Positions 36,772 to 50,679 are shown, counted from the stretch's first letter. The stretch is DNA of 64,000 nt from Dehalococcoidia bacterium (GCA_965207225.1 CBDBLV010000005.1:1952001-2016000), one strand, 5' to 3'. A program made the numbers and translations. The notes: generated from the sequence alone by a model not told the origin.

Positions 36772-39700
36772 ATGAAGAAGCAGCACCTACAGCCCCTGAC
36801 GCCGGCGGCCCTCTACGCCAGGGTGTCCAGCGACCGCCAAGACGTGGATCTGTCCGTGGCCGCACAGCTTAGGGCGCTCAAAGAGTACGCCAAGGCCAAC
36901 GGCTACTCCGTGGCCAGGGAGTACGTGGACGAGGCCGAGAGCGGCCGGGTCGCCGACCGGCCCCAGTTCCGGGAGATGATCGCAGAAGGCTCCAAGCCCC
37001 AGGCTCCTTTTGAGGTGATTTTGGTCTGGAAGTTTTCAAGGTTCACCCGCAAGCGGGAGCACGCCGTGGCCTTCAAGGCTCAGCTGCGGCGCAAGGGCAT
37101 CCGCGTGGTGTCCATCACCGAGCAGGCCGAGGACAACGCCACCGGCAGGCTGCTTGAGGGCATCATCGAGAGCGTGGACGAATACTACAGCGAAAATTTG
37201 GCGCAGGAGGTCGTCCGGGGGATGCGGGAGGCGGCTTCGAGAGGCTTCTTCCTGGGCTCCAAGGCCCCCTTCGGCTACCGGAAGATCAAGGTGCAGGACG
37301 GGGCGAAGGAGCGCCCCTCGCTGGAGGTTGACCCTGCCACGGCTCCTGTAGTGAAGGAGATATTCGAGAAGTCTCTGAGCGGCCACGGTCTGAAGGAGCT
37401 GTGCAAGGAACTGAACGACCGGGGCGTCACCAACCGGGGGAAGCGCTGGTACAAGGGCGGTCTCCACTACGTGCTGCGGAACGAGGCGTACACCGGAACA
37501 GCCGTGTGGGGGCTCAAAGGCAAGGGAGAGAAGGCCCAGGACCCGGTGAGGGTTGAGGGAGCGTGGCCCGCGCTGATTTCACGGGAGCTGTTCGAGGAGG
37601 TCCAGCAGGCGATGAGCGAGCGCGCCCCGAAGGTGCAGAGGCCCGCCAGGGTGGGAAGCCCGTATCTGTTGAGCGGGCTGCTGAAGTGTGGGGTGTGCGG
37701 CAGGCTCTACTCGGCCCAGGGAGCCAAGAGCGGCCAGTTCGCCTACTACATCTGCGGGACGCTGTTCCGGGAGGGAGCGGGGACGTGCAGCGCCCGCTAC
37801 CTGAACGCTTCCAGGGTGGAGGAGTTCGTGGTGGAGAAGATCAGGGAGCGCATCCTCACCGAGGAGACCATCGTGGAGCTGGTGCAGCTTGTGGCGGAGG
37901 AGATCGACGCGATGGCCGGTGAGCTTGCAGGGAGGCTGGAGTCTGTGGAGGCGGAGCTGTCCGACGTGCAGAGGCGTCTGGGGAAGCTCTACGAAGCCAT
38001 CGAGACGAGCGACCTGACGCTGGAGGTGCTGTCGCCCCGCATCATGTCCCTGCGGCACCGTGAGGAGCAGTTGGAGGCTGCCAGAGAGGACGCCGAGACC
38101 CAGCTTGAGCAGCGGAGAGTCGATCTGCCCGACACCGAGGAGATCGCGCGGTACGTGGCGGACTTCCGGGAGTTCCTGAAGGAGGGAACGATACCGGAGC
38201 GCAAGGCCCTCATCCGCAACTTCGTTGAGGGCATCGAGGTGGTGGGAGACGAGGCGACGCTGACGTACACGGTGCCCATGCCCAGGGACGGGGTGACCAA
38301 GGAGTCGGCCTCGGTTCTTGATTTCGTCCAGTCCGGCCCAGTGAGTGAGACTGGACGCTGGATGAGAGTTGAATTAGTCGGAGAAGTAATCGCCGGGACC
38401 TTTGAGAGGGGAATCAGCCAATATCCGAACATAGGAGATACGGTTCATCTGGCAGTTGAGGAACACTTGCACCGAATCTACGATATCCGAGGCCAAGGAT
38501 ACGTTGTAATTGGCACTCTCGCCAGTGCCGAAAGCATTTCTGCGAAAGTTGCGCTTGATGAGCTGGTAACACGGCATTCCGCTATTCTCGGCTCAACTGG
38601 TTCCGGCAAGTCCACGACTGTAGCCAGCCTACTACGAGCAATTACGGCATTCGGTCCAGACAGCAACGCATATCCGAACGCCCGGATTCTAATGCTCGAT
38701 ATACATGGGGAATATTCGACTCCTCTCGCCGATGTATCTAAGGTATTCAGCGTTGAACCCCAGCACGGGGAGGAAAAGCTGTTCGTTCCCTACTGGGCAC
38801 TCGACACTGAGGACTTGCTAGACTTTCTGACCGGGAGGCTGGAAGGGAACAGAGAAACGGCATTTACCGACAAGATATTTGAATTGAAATCTGCATCGCA
38901 CTCCGCCCAATTGTTTCCTGGTGTTCAATCCGGCTCAATAACTGTTGACACGCCTTTACCATTCAGTTTGAAGCGACTGTGGCATGAACTTATTGACTTT
39001 GAGATCGCAACATTTGAGGGGAAAGATCGCGACGAGTCTACTCGGCAAGATCCTGGAGACCCTAATACGCTCACACCCCCGAGATATAAACCTCATGCCA
39101 TGGGTGCAACAGGTCCATTCCTAAACCAGCAAGCGTTCGGCATACAACGTCCTCTGAACCTCTTACGTTCCCGACTGCTTGATCGTCGCTATGACTTCTT
39201 GTTGCGCCCCGGGCCGTGGGAACCCGACCTTGATGGTACGGCTGAAAGGGATCTTGATTCACTACTGTCTGACTGGCTTGGAGGTGACAAGCCCATTACT
39301 ATTCTCGATCTGTCTGCAGTGCCTAGCAGCGTGCTTGAGCGTCTGATTGGATCAATTCTGAAGATCATTTATGAGGCTCTGTTTTGGAGTAGAGAGAAGA
39401 CAGAAGGTGGCATTCAGCGTCCTTTGCTTATTGTAATGGAGGAGGCTCATAGGTATCTCTCAGATATATCAGAAGGTACAGCGTCAGATATGGTTCAAAG
39501 GATCGTAAAGGAGGGAAGAAAGTACGGTGTAGGTGCAATGATAGTTAGCCAGCGACCCTCTGAAGTGAACGAGACCATACTTTCGCAATGTGGCACCTTT
39601 TTTGCGCTGCGCCTCTCAAATCCATCTGATCGCGATAGGGTCCGGGGGACACTGCCAGACGGTCTTGTCGGCCTCTTAGATGTGCTACCGATTCTCCGTA

Positions 39701-39945
39701 CGGGAGAAGCTATCGTCACTGGCGAAGCGGCTAAACTGCCCATGCGCTGTCGTGTAAGCCTTCCGGCTAAAGAGAACAGGCCACGTAGCGAAGACCCGGA
39801 AGTGAGTCGTAGTTGGAACCTACCGAGACGTAAAGAGGGTTACGAAAGGGTCGTGGCTTCATGGCGTGCTCAGAGCCCTCTAGCAGTTGCTAATCTCCTA
39901 AACATCAGCCGAACTCCGGTCGAAGATGAGTCTGATCAGGAATGA
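36772..39945 (+). CDS. LSR type A body (36772-38337) read through in frame into 5'-truncated HerA/DUF87 ATPase
   Basis: First 522 aa match LSR A; remaining 535 aa carry HerA motifs; abrupt GC drop at ~38340. Confidence 0.9.
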   Translation: MKKQHLQPLTPAALYARVSSDRQDVDLSVAAQLRALKEYAKANGYSVAREYVDEAESGRVADRPQFREMIAEGSKPQAPFEVILVWKFSRFTRKREHAVAFKAQLRRKGIRVVSITEQAEDNATGRLLEGIIESVDEYYSENLAQEVVRGMREAASRGFFLGSKAPFGYRKIKVQDGAKERPSLEVDPATAPVVKEIFEKSLSGHGLKELCKELNDRGVTNRGKRWYKGGLHYVLRNEAYTGTAVWGLKGKGEKAQDPVRVEGAWPALISRELFEEVQQAMSERAPKVQRPARVGSPYLLSGLLKCGVCGRLYSAQGAKSGQFAYYICGTLFREGAGTCSARYLNASRVEEFVVEKIRERILTEETIVELVQLVAEEIDAMAGELAGRLESVEAELSDVQRRLGKLYEAIETSDLTLEVLSPRIMSLRHREEQLEAAREDAETQLEQRRVDLPDTEEIARYVADFREFLKEGTIPERKALIRNFVEGIEVVGDEATLTYTVPMPRDGVTKESASVLDFVQSGPVSETGRWMRVELVGEVIAGTFERGISQYPNIGDTVHLAVEEHLHRIYDIRGQGYVVIGTLASAESISAKVALDELVTRHSAILGSTGSGKSTTVASLLRAITAFGPDSNAYPNARILMLDIHGEYSTPLADVSKVFSVEPQHGEEKLFVPYWALDTEDLLDFLTGRLEGNRETAFTDKIFELKSASHSAQLFPGVQSGSITVDTPLPFSLKRLWHELIDFEIATFEGKDRDESTRQDPGDPNTLTPPRYKPHAMGATGPFLNQQAFGIQRPLNLLRSRLLDRRYDFLLRPGPWEPDLDGTAERDLDSLLSDWLGGDKPITILDLSAVPSSVLERLIGSILKIIYEALFWSREKTEGGIQRPLLIVMEEAHRYLSDISEGTASDMVQRIVKEGRKYGVGAMIVSQRPSEVNETILSQCGTFFALRLSNPSDRDRVRGTLPDGLVGLLDVLPILRTGEAIVTGEAAKLPMRCRVSLPAKENRPRSEDPEVSRSWNLPRRKEGYERVVASWRAQSPLAVANLLNISRTPVEDESDQE
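38312..38365. other. att junction J3 (A body arm | CC | herA target arm)
   Basis: cggttcttgatttcgtccagtccggc CC agtgagtg...; homology to A1 stops at the core. Confidence 0.85.
38338..39945 (+). pseudogene. herA: 3' part of interrupted HerA-family ATPase gene
   Basis: Partial HAS-barrel (VELVGE...FERGISQYP.IGD.V), H.AILGSTGSGKS, DIHGEY, EEAH, KEGRKYG, SQRPS. Confidence 0.85.
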
Positions 39946-39954
39946 AGGAACGTC

Positions 39955-40167
39955 ATGGATAGGCGTCAAGTAGCATCATCAAACGTGCGCACAATTGGAT
40001 ACGATGAACAGACCCAAACGCTTGAGGTCGAGTTCGTGAGTGGTTGGGTATACCAATACTATGGTGTTCCTCAACACATGTATGAGCAAATGATGCAAGC
40101 ATCATCCAAAGGGAAGTTCCTGAATCTCTATATCAAGAATGCTTTCCCTTATTCGCGGGTTGGATAG
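39955..40167 (+). CDS. KTSC domain protein
   Basis: V.SSN...IGYD....LEVEF..G..YQY.GVP...Y...M.A.SKG.F. Confidence 0.95.
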   Translation: MDRRQVASSNVRTIGYDEQTQTLEVEFVSGWVYQYYGVPQHMYEQMMQASSKGKFLNLYIKNAFPYSRVG

Positions 40168-40173
40168 AGGGGT

Positions 40174-43072
40174 ATGCAATTGACTGACATGGCGAATGTC
40201 ATCAGCCGCAAGAAACTCATAGAGGTCGCTCTCCCGTTGGACGCCATCAACGCGGCGTCGGCGCGAGAAAAGTCCATCCGACATGGGCACCCTAGCACCT
40301 TGCACCTGTGGTGGGCGCGGCGACCTCTGGCGGCAGCCCGGGCAGTGCTGTTCGCCCAGATGATTGATGACCCATCCTCACGCCCTGAGTTGTTTCCCAC
40401 CGAGGACTCCCAAGCCAAGGAGCGGAAACGGCTGTTCGGTATTATCGAGGAGTTGGTGAAATGGGAGAACACTACCAACGAGACGGTCCTGGAAGCGGCG
40501 CGTGAGGAGATTCGCAAGAAGTTGGCGGCGGACCTGCGAAGACAACATAGGCAACCCTAGGGCAGTGGAATTGTTCGACCCCGTAAAACTTCCTGCTTTT
40601 CACGATCCATTCGCCGGAGGGGGCGCGATACCCCTCGAGGCCCAGCGCCTAGGCATGGAAGCCTACGCCAGCGACCTGAACCCGGTTGCGGTGCTCATCA
40701 ACAAGGCTATGATCGAGATTCCGTCCAAGTTTTCAGGTAAACCGCCAGTAAACCCGGATGCCCGGAAGGGCTGGGGCTCCGTAGGTGCGCAATGGAAGGG
40801 CGCGGCGGGCCTGGCTGAGGACGTTCGCTACTACGGCAAGTGGATGCGCGACGAGGCGGAGAAGCGCATTAGCTACCTGTATCCCAAGATTGAGATCACG
40901 GCGGAGATGGCGCAGGAGCACCCTGACCTAAAGTCATACGTGGGCCGCAAGCTCACTGTCATCGCGTGGCTCTGGGCGCGGACTGTCAAGAGCCCAAACC
41001 CGGCCTTCGCCAACGTGGATGTACCCTTAGCCTCCACCTTCGTGCTTTCGACCAAGAAGGGCAAGGAAGCCTACGTGAAGCCGATGATTGAGGACGGCGG
41101 CTACCGATTCACGGTCAAAGCGGGCAAGCCGCAGGAAAGGGCCATGAACGGCACCAAGCTGGCTAGGGGCGCAAACTTCCAATGCTTGATGTCTAAGACA
41201 CCAATAGCAGCCGACTACATCAAAGCTGAAGGCAGGGCTGGGCGCATGGGCGCTAAGCTGATGGCAATCGTCGCCGAGGGTGACCGCAGACGGGTTTACT
41301 TGGCACCCACACCAGAGCATGAATCAATCATTCAGAGTGCGGAGCCCACGTGGATGCCCGATGTCGAAATCTCTCCAGACAGACGTTCAATGTGCACGCC
41401 GCTCTATGGGCATACACACTTTAAACACCTCTTTACTGACCGTCAGTTGGTGGTCCTCACTACCTTCTCCGACTTGGTGGCGGAAGCACGGGAGTGCGTC
41501 CAACGCGATGCCGTAGCGGCGGGTATGCTGGGTGAGGACAGGTCCCTGCAGGACGGGGGGGAGGGGGCGAGAGCGTACGCCGAGGCTGTGGGGGTGTATT
41601 TGGGATTTCTCGTTGACCAATTAACAAATCACTCGTCGACGATTTGCGGTTGGCATGTCAATAACACACAGTTGCGTAATACTTTCGCAAGACAGGCAAT
41701 CCCTATGACATGGGACTATGCCGAAAGTAATCCACTTTGTAATTCTACAGGTAGCTTTAACAACTTGTGTGAGCGTCAAATCAAGGGATTCACAACTCTA
41801 GGAAACGGCGCATGCGGTACAGCTTCTCAGTTAGATGCAGGTCAGAATGAGATGTCTGTGGGGAAGGTCGTTTCCACAGATCCACCCTACTACGACAACA
41901 TCGGTTACGCCGACCTCTCTGACTTCTTCTACGTCTGGTTACGACGCTCAGTCAGGCCAACATTCCCCGACCTTTTCGCCACGCTAGCCGTACCGAAAGT
42001 GGAGGAACTGGTGGCCATCCCATACAGGCATGGCAGCAAGGAACGGGCAGAAGCATTCTTCTTGGATGGCATGACCCTAGCGATGGAGCGCTTGGCTGAC
42101 CAGTCCCATCACGCGTTTCCCGTGACTGTTTACTACGCCTTCAAACAGTCGGAGAGCCGAGGCGATGCCGGGGTTGCCAGTACTGGCTGGGAGATTTTTC
42201 TCGGAGCGATGATCCATGCCGGCTTCGCCGTCACAGGCACGTGGCCAATGCGAACAGAGCTTGGGAATCGCATGATCGGCATCGACTCCAATGCCTTGGC
42301 CTCCAGCATCGTCATCGTTTGCCGTCCACGCCCAGTCGATGCGCCTGTTGCCACTCGTCGGGAGTTCGTTGACGCACTGAAGTCCGAGTTGCCGGAAGCA
42401 CTGCGTCAGATGCAGCAAGGCAACATCGCCCCTGTGGATTTGGCCCAGGCCGCCATCGGGCCGGGCATGGCAGTCTTCTCCCGCTACGCCCACGTCCTGA
42501 ACGCTAGCGGCGATGCGCTTGTCGTGCGCGAGGCCCTTTCCCTCATCAACCAAACTCTTGACGAAGTGCTCGCTGAGCAGGAGGCCGACTTCGACGCCGA
42601 CACCCGGTGGGCGCTGGCCTGGTTCGAGCAGTCGGGGTTCGATGGTGGCGATTACGGCGTGGCTGAGACGTTGTCCACGGCAAAGAACACCAGCGTCGCG
42701 GGCATGATGGAGGCCGGGATACTACATTCGGGCGGGGGCAAAGTCCGCCTGCTCCGGCCTCACGAGTTGCCTGAAGACTGGGTTCCGGATAGCGACCGGA
42801 TCATCGTATGGGAGGCCGTACACCATTTGGTCCGCGTGCATGACAAGGAAGGCGAGGACGCAGCCGCCTCGCTTATGAGCAAACTTGGCCCAGAAGCCGA
42901 GGCGGCTCGCGAATTGGCCTACCGCCTCTATCGCATCTGCGACCAGAAGAACCGGTCTCAAGAGGCCATTGGCTACAATGCGCTCGTGCAGAGTTGGCCG
43001 GAGGTCGCGCGTCTTGCCCATCAAGTTGTCCGCCCCACGCAGGGGAGAATGGGGTTGCCCGATGACCGCTGA
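40174..43072 (+). pseudogene. DUF1156 adenine DNA methyltransferase, split by a +1 frameshift near 40519
   Basis: [24 protein letters not shown] in frame 1; DPFAGGG and TDPPYYDN in frame 2; removing one A restores EIRKSWRR. Confidence 0.85.
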
Positions 43073-43379
43073 AACGATCATCTCAACAATGGTGGAACGC
43101 ATCGTCGGACGGTTCCAGCCGTCTCGCGTCGTGCTCTTTGGTTCCTATGCCCGTGGCACCGCCATAGAGTCGAGCGACGTGGACCTGCTCGTTGTCATGG
43201 GGAACGGGACGGACAAGCGCCGTACGGCAGTGGAGATACGGCGGTCGCTGGGAGATCTCCCCGTCAGCAAGGACATCGTCGTTGCCACTCCGGACGAGAT
43301 CACGAGCAGGGGTGGCGTTGTGGGAACCGTGCTCCACGCGGCGCTGCGGGAAGGGAGGGTCGTCTATGAACGACCCTAA
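43062..43379 (+). CDS. Minimal nucleotidyltransferase (MNT) antitoxin
   Basis: LFGSYARG....SDVDLLV. Confidence 0.9.
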   Translation: MTAETIISTMVERIVGRFQPSRVVLFGSYARGTAIESSDVDLLVVMGNGTDKRRTAVEIRRSLGDLPVSKDIVVATPDEITSRGGVVGTVLHAALREGRVVYERP

Positions 43380-43782
43380 CCCTGTGATGGAGGAAGCGCG
43401 ACGCTGGCTGCGGTTCTCCGAGGAGGACCTGAGTGTGGCGGCGCGACTCATGTTGGGCGCTCCCACCGCTCCCCGGCACGTTTGCTGGCTTTCGCAGCAG
43501 GCAGCGGAAAAGTCGCTGAAAGCAGCCTTGATACTGGAGGAGGTCGATTTTGCGTTCACTCACGACCTGGACGCCCTTCGCAACCTCCTGCCGGACGATT
43601 GGACTGTGCGGGATACGCACGCTGATCTGGCTGAGTTGACGGAGTGGGCAGTCGAAACCAGGTATCCCGGCGATTGGCCGGAACCCAACGATGACGATGC
43701 GATTCGGGCAATGTCTCAGGCCCGCGCCCTCTACGGCTCCATCGTGGCGGAGTTCAGGAAGCGCGGAATACTCACTGCGTAG
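43366..43782 (+). CDS. HEPN domain protein
   Basis: W...EEDL..A, QQAAEK.LKA, THDL..L, RYP. Confidence 0.9.
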   Translation: MNDPNPVMEEARRWLRFSEEDLSVAARLMLGAPTAPRHVCWLSQQAAEKSLKAALILEEVDFAFTHDLDALRNLLPDDWTVRDTHADLAELTEWAVETRYPGDWPEPNDDDAIRAMSQARALYGSIVAEFRKRGILTA

Positions 43783-43800
43783 GGCCGAAGGAGGAGGTGT

Positions 43801-47202
<3,402 letters not shown>

Positions 47203-47508
47203 ATGTGCTTCGCTGACAAGGTCGAGCCAACCTGCTCCCGCGGCTGTCTCCTTGGGTAGCACAGGGAGAACCTAGGGTGGCCATCCCGAATCGTCGGCGT
47301 CGTGGTGGTCGAGGCGCGGAGGTACGAAGTGTGGTACCGCGAGTCTCTCCAAAGCTGCGGACGTATTGAAGTACTAATCTAGGCCGGGCAGCCATGCTCC
47401 CTCTTACGAAGGATGACACCTGCCGTGTCCATGGCGAGGGACAGGCAAGCGGGTCATCCGCTGTACCCGGACGGCGGGGATGCTGGCCGTCACTCGATGA
47501 TCTGCACC

Positions 47509-48063
47509 TTACGGCTTGGCGGCATTGGTCTGGCCGGCAGCTGCGGCCCAGGCCAGTGCGGTGAGCATCCGCCCCGGGTTCAGTATCTGCCAGACGACTC
47601 CGTTGTCGACGAAGTACCCGTTGGCGAAGACGAGAGCGCCCAGCGCGGCAGAGACCACCGCGCCCGCGCGCCCCGCAGCATGGCCGGAGCGCCATAGAGC
47701 CACGGCCGCCACGCTGGAGGAACCGATGAACAGCGGGTTCACCGTGCGCCACACGTTGCCCCAATGGTCGTCGAACAGGTCACTATAACCGTTGGCGAGC
47801 ACCACCAGGGCTAGTATGCCCAGCGCGAGGCTGCGCACCCAGGGGACATAGCGTGTGCTGGCCCAGACCCACCAGACGCCGGCGAACCCCATTAGCAGCG
47901 GGCCGATCTGCCACAGCTTCCAGGGCCAGTAGGGAACGGACATATGCTCCGGGTCGACGAGGACTGTCCTCTCTGTCCAGGCAAAGATGGCCAGGGCGAC
48001 AAAGGCCGAAGCTGCCACGGCAGGGATCGGACCAAGATCTCTAGGGGCTATTAGCTTGAACAT
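47509..48063 (-). CDS. Hypothetical integral membrane protein
   Basis: About six hydrophobic segments; internal repeat ANGY...W...NP. Confidence 0.7.
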   Translation of the reverse strand: MFKLIAPRDLGPIPAVAASAFVALAIFAWTERTVLVDPEHMSVPYWPWKLWQIGPLLMGFAGVWWVWASTRYVPWVRSLALGILALVVLANGYSDLFDDHWGNVWRTVNPLFIGSSSVAAVALWRSGHAAGRAGAVVSAALGALVFANGYFVDNGVVWQILNPGRMLTALAWAAAAGQTNAAKP

Positions 48064-48264
48064 AAGCCGGGTCTGCTCCTACGTGCGGTTGGCATTACAT
48101 CTCCGATTCTAGGAGTGGCTCTCCCTTCTCGCGATACCATATCAGTTTCTACACTCCTTGAAACAGTTCTTCCGAGGGGGTATTGACACCGTAGCTGATA
48201 CATGGTTTCATCTGGAGTTCTGTATCATTGGAAATCGCAAGAATCAAATTGAGAGGAAGGATCC

Positions 48265-49434
48265 ATGAGCAATCGGAACGAGGGACGGAGGCTGGATGAG
48301 ACGCCGGAAGGGTCGCAGCTCCACGAAGTCGCAATCGTGGGTGCGGGGGCGGCCGGGCTGGGATGCGCGGTTGCCCTCAAGGAGTTTGGCGTCGACGACG
48401 ACATCATCATCCTCGACCGCCATGAGGTCGGCGCCTCGTTCCGGCGGTGGCCGCAGGAGATGCGCTTCATCACTCCGTCGTTCACTTCTAACTCGTTTGG
48501 GTTGCTCGACCTCAATGCGATCGTCCCCGGTACATCGCCCGCGTACACGCTCGACCGCGAACACCCCAGCGGAGTCGCTTACGCGATGTACCTCGACAAT
48601 GTCGCCAAATACTACGAGCTCCAGGTGAAGCCTGGCATAGATGTCTGCTCCGTCGCAGTCGAGGATAACGGAACATTCACGCTCACGACGACCGACCAGC
48701 CGGTGCGGGCAAAACATGTCATCTGGGCGGCCGGGGAATTCCAGTACCCGAACCGCAATTCGTTTGTGGGTGCAGAATCCTGCTGCCATTCGTCCGATGT
48801 CCGAACATGGCAGGATCTCGAAGGTGACCGTTTCACGGTGATTGGCGGCTACGAGAGCGCCGCAGACGCGGCCGTCTCGCTGGTGCAGTTGGAGAAGGAT
48901 GTGACCGTGCTGGCGCGGGATGCGACATGGAACAGTGACCACCCGGATCCCAGCGTCTCCCTCACCCCGTTTTCCCGCGAGCGTCTGGAATGGGCCCATT
49001 CCACGGGCTCCGTGAACCTCGTCGGCGGTGTCGACATCACATCGGCGCGTGTGGATGGTGACACGTGGGTCGTACAGGCCTCGGACGGCCGCGAGTGGGC
49101 GAGCGAGACACGCCCGATTCTCGCCACCGGCTTCATGGGGTCCCTCAGCCGCCTCGACGGCTTGATCGAGTACGATGAGGACGGCGCCCCCGTCGTCACG
49201 GAAGAGGCAGACGAATCCACGCTTGCGCCTGGCCTGTTCATCTCCGGCCCGGTACTCGAGCACCGGGGCGTGAACTTCTGCTTCATCTACAAGTTCCGCC
49301 AGCGCTTCGCTATCGTCGCCGATGCGATCGCACAGCGCCTCGGAAAGGACACCACGGAAGCCGTGGCGGCCCGCCGAGCGGCGGGGATGTACCTGGACGA
49401 CCTCTCTTGCTGCGAGGAGTCCTGTGCGTGCTGA
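48265..49434 (+). CDS. NAD(P)/FAD-dependent oxidoreductase with Cys-rich C-terminus
   Basis: IVGAGAAG, IGGYESA, ATGF, FCFIYKFRQRF, LDDLSCCEESCAC. Confidence 0.9.
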   Translation: MSNRNEGRRLDETPEGSQLHEVAIVGAGAAGLGCAVALKEFGVDDDIIILDRHEVGASFRRWPQEMRFITPSFTSNSFGLLDLNAIVPGTSPAYTLDREHPSGVAYAMYLDNVAKYYELQVKPGIDVCSVAVEDNGTFTLTTTDQPVRAKHVIWAAGEFQYPNRNSFVGAESCCHSSDVRTWQDLEGDRFTVIGGYESAADAAVSLVQLEKDVTVLARDATWNSDHPDPSVSLTPFSRERLEWAHSTGSVNLVGGVDITSARVDGDTWVVQASDGREWASETRPILATGFMGSLSRLDGLIEYDEDGAPVVTEEADESTLAPGLFISGPVLEHRGVNFCFIYKFRQRFAIVADAIAQRLGKDTTEAVAARRAAGMYLDDLSCCEESCAC

Positions 49435-50558
49435 CCGACATGGCTTCGATGTCGCGGCGCGGATTCTTCGACCACGCGGTCGCAGGTCCCACGATAGCGG
49501 TCGTCCTCCTGATCCTACCCGCTCTGCTCGCCGTTTTCGGCGCCAACCAGGCGGCAGCCTGGCTTGATCCGCTGGCCGTGGCGAGCACGACACCCCTAGC
49601 TGAGAGGATAGAAGGCTGGCCGGGACCGCTCGAGGCTGTGCTCGCCGGTGACTACGGACTGCTCACGATGGGGCCGTTACTGTTCGTGTGGGCTGTCCCC
49701 ACGGTGCTGGTCTACTCGGTGCTGATCAGCGTCTACAGCGCGAGCGGCCTCGCCGACCGGATCGGGGCGGTGCTCCATCCCGTGTTGCGGCCGGTCGGCC
49801 TGCACGGGCGCGACGTGACACGAGTGCTGATGGGCTTCGGCTGCAACGTCCCGGCGATCGTCTCGACACGCTCCTGCTCTGCCTGCACCCGGCCGACGAC
49901 CGTCGGCGCGATTTCCTTTGGGTCCGCCTGCTCGTACCAGCTCGGCGCGACGCTCGCGGTTTTTGCCGCCGCCGGCAAGAGCAGTCTCGTTGTGCCGTAC
50001 CTAGCGCTGCTCGTCGCGGCGACGCTCGTCTACACGCGCCTCATCAGTCAGCCTGCCGCGCGGTCGACACTCAACACACTGCTCATCGAACCGCGCACCT
50101 TCCTCACCCGGCCGTCCTTCGCGGCAGTCGGGGCGGAGGCACAAGGGACGGTTTGGGCATTTTTCCGCACGGCGCTACCGACCTTCTTCGCGATCGCTAT
50201 GGTTGCCTCGCTCCTCAACTGGTCGGGCGCGCTCGATGCAGCTGGGGGCTTGCTGGCGCCGGCGATGGCCGTTTTCGCACTGCCGGCGGAAGTGGCAATG
50301 CCGACCATGCTCGCCGCTGTCCGAAAGGACGGCATACTGCTCTTGGCCGAGGCCGGCACCGTCGCTTCGTTGAGCGCGACCCAGCTGCTGGTTGCAACAT
50401 TCCTCGCCGGAACGGTGCTGCCATGCCTAGTCACCGTGTTCACGATCGGGCGCGAACTCGGGCTACGGTTCGCGGGCAGGCTCATCGTACAGCAGTCCGC
50501 CTTCGCCGTCACGGTCGCCGCCACGGTCGGCTGGGCCTCAGCTGCGTTCAGCGGGTGA
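49428..50558 (+). CDS. FeoB-like membrane protein (Gate domains) lacking the GTPase domain
   Basis: SG...RI......L..VGL.G......MGFGCNVPA...TR, RKDG, PC..T...I.RE. Confidence 0.8.
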   Translation: MLTDMASMSRRGFFDHAVAGPTIAVVLLILPALLAVFGANQAAAWLDPLAVASTTPLAERIEGWPGPLEAVLAGDYGLLTMGPLLFVWAVPTVLVYSVLISVYSASGLADRIGAVLHPVLRPVGLHGRDVTRVLMGFGCNVPAIVSTRSCSACTRPTTVGAISFGSACSYQLGATLAVFAAAGKSSLVVPYLALLVAATLVYTRLISQPAARSTLNTLLIEPRTFLTRPSFAAVGAEAQGTVWAFFRTALPTFFAIAMVASLLNWSGALDAAGGLLAPAMAVFALPAEVAMPTMLAAVRKDGILLLAEAGTVASLSATQLLVATFLAGTVLPCLVTVFTIGRELGLRFAGRLIVQQSAFAVTVAATVGWASAAFSG

Positions 50559-50641
50559 CGATCCACATACCCTCTCTGCCGCAACGCGTGGGCCTATTTC
50601 TTGCTGGTGATGTGGCTCCTGCCAGCCTGGAGAATCGCCCC

Positions 50642-50671
50642 TTGACATGCAATCTTGTGGTTGCGTATTGT
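50642..50671 (+). promoter_or_regulatory. Promoter with ArsR-type operator dyad
   Basis: TTGACA-N18-TATTGT enclosing the GCAA...TTGC dyad. Confidence 0.6.
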
Positions 50672-50679
50672 ATGCGCAC

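Larger units (their letters stand above)
21013..38338 (+). mobile_element. Integrative element A2 (~17.3 kb including IS21)
   Basis: Bounded by J2 and J3; ends share 12-bp inverted arms GGTTCTTGATTT/AAATCAAGAACC. Confidence 0.85.

Noticed and set aside
10017-38338. One 28-kb element with an integrase at each end
   Set aside because: Internal junction J2 at 21012 carries both detached tails, resolving it into two elements
36772-39945. LSR-HerA as an evolved novel fusion enzyme
   Set aside because: The join falls exactly at the att core, HerA lacks its N-terminus, GC shifts, and the sister copy has a different tail; best explained as insertion read-through
48222-48252. Fur/Zur box upstream of the oxidoreductase
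   Set aside because: AT-rich but dyad symmetry too weak to call
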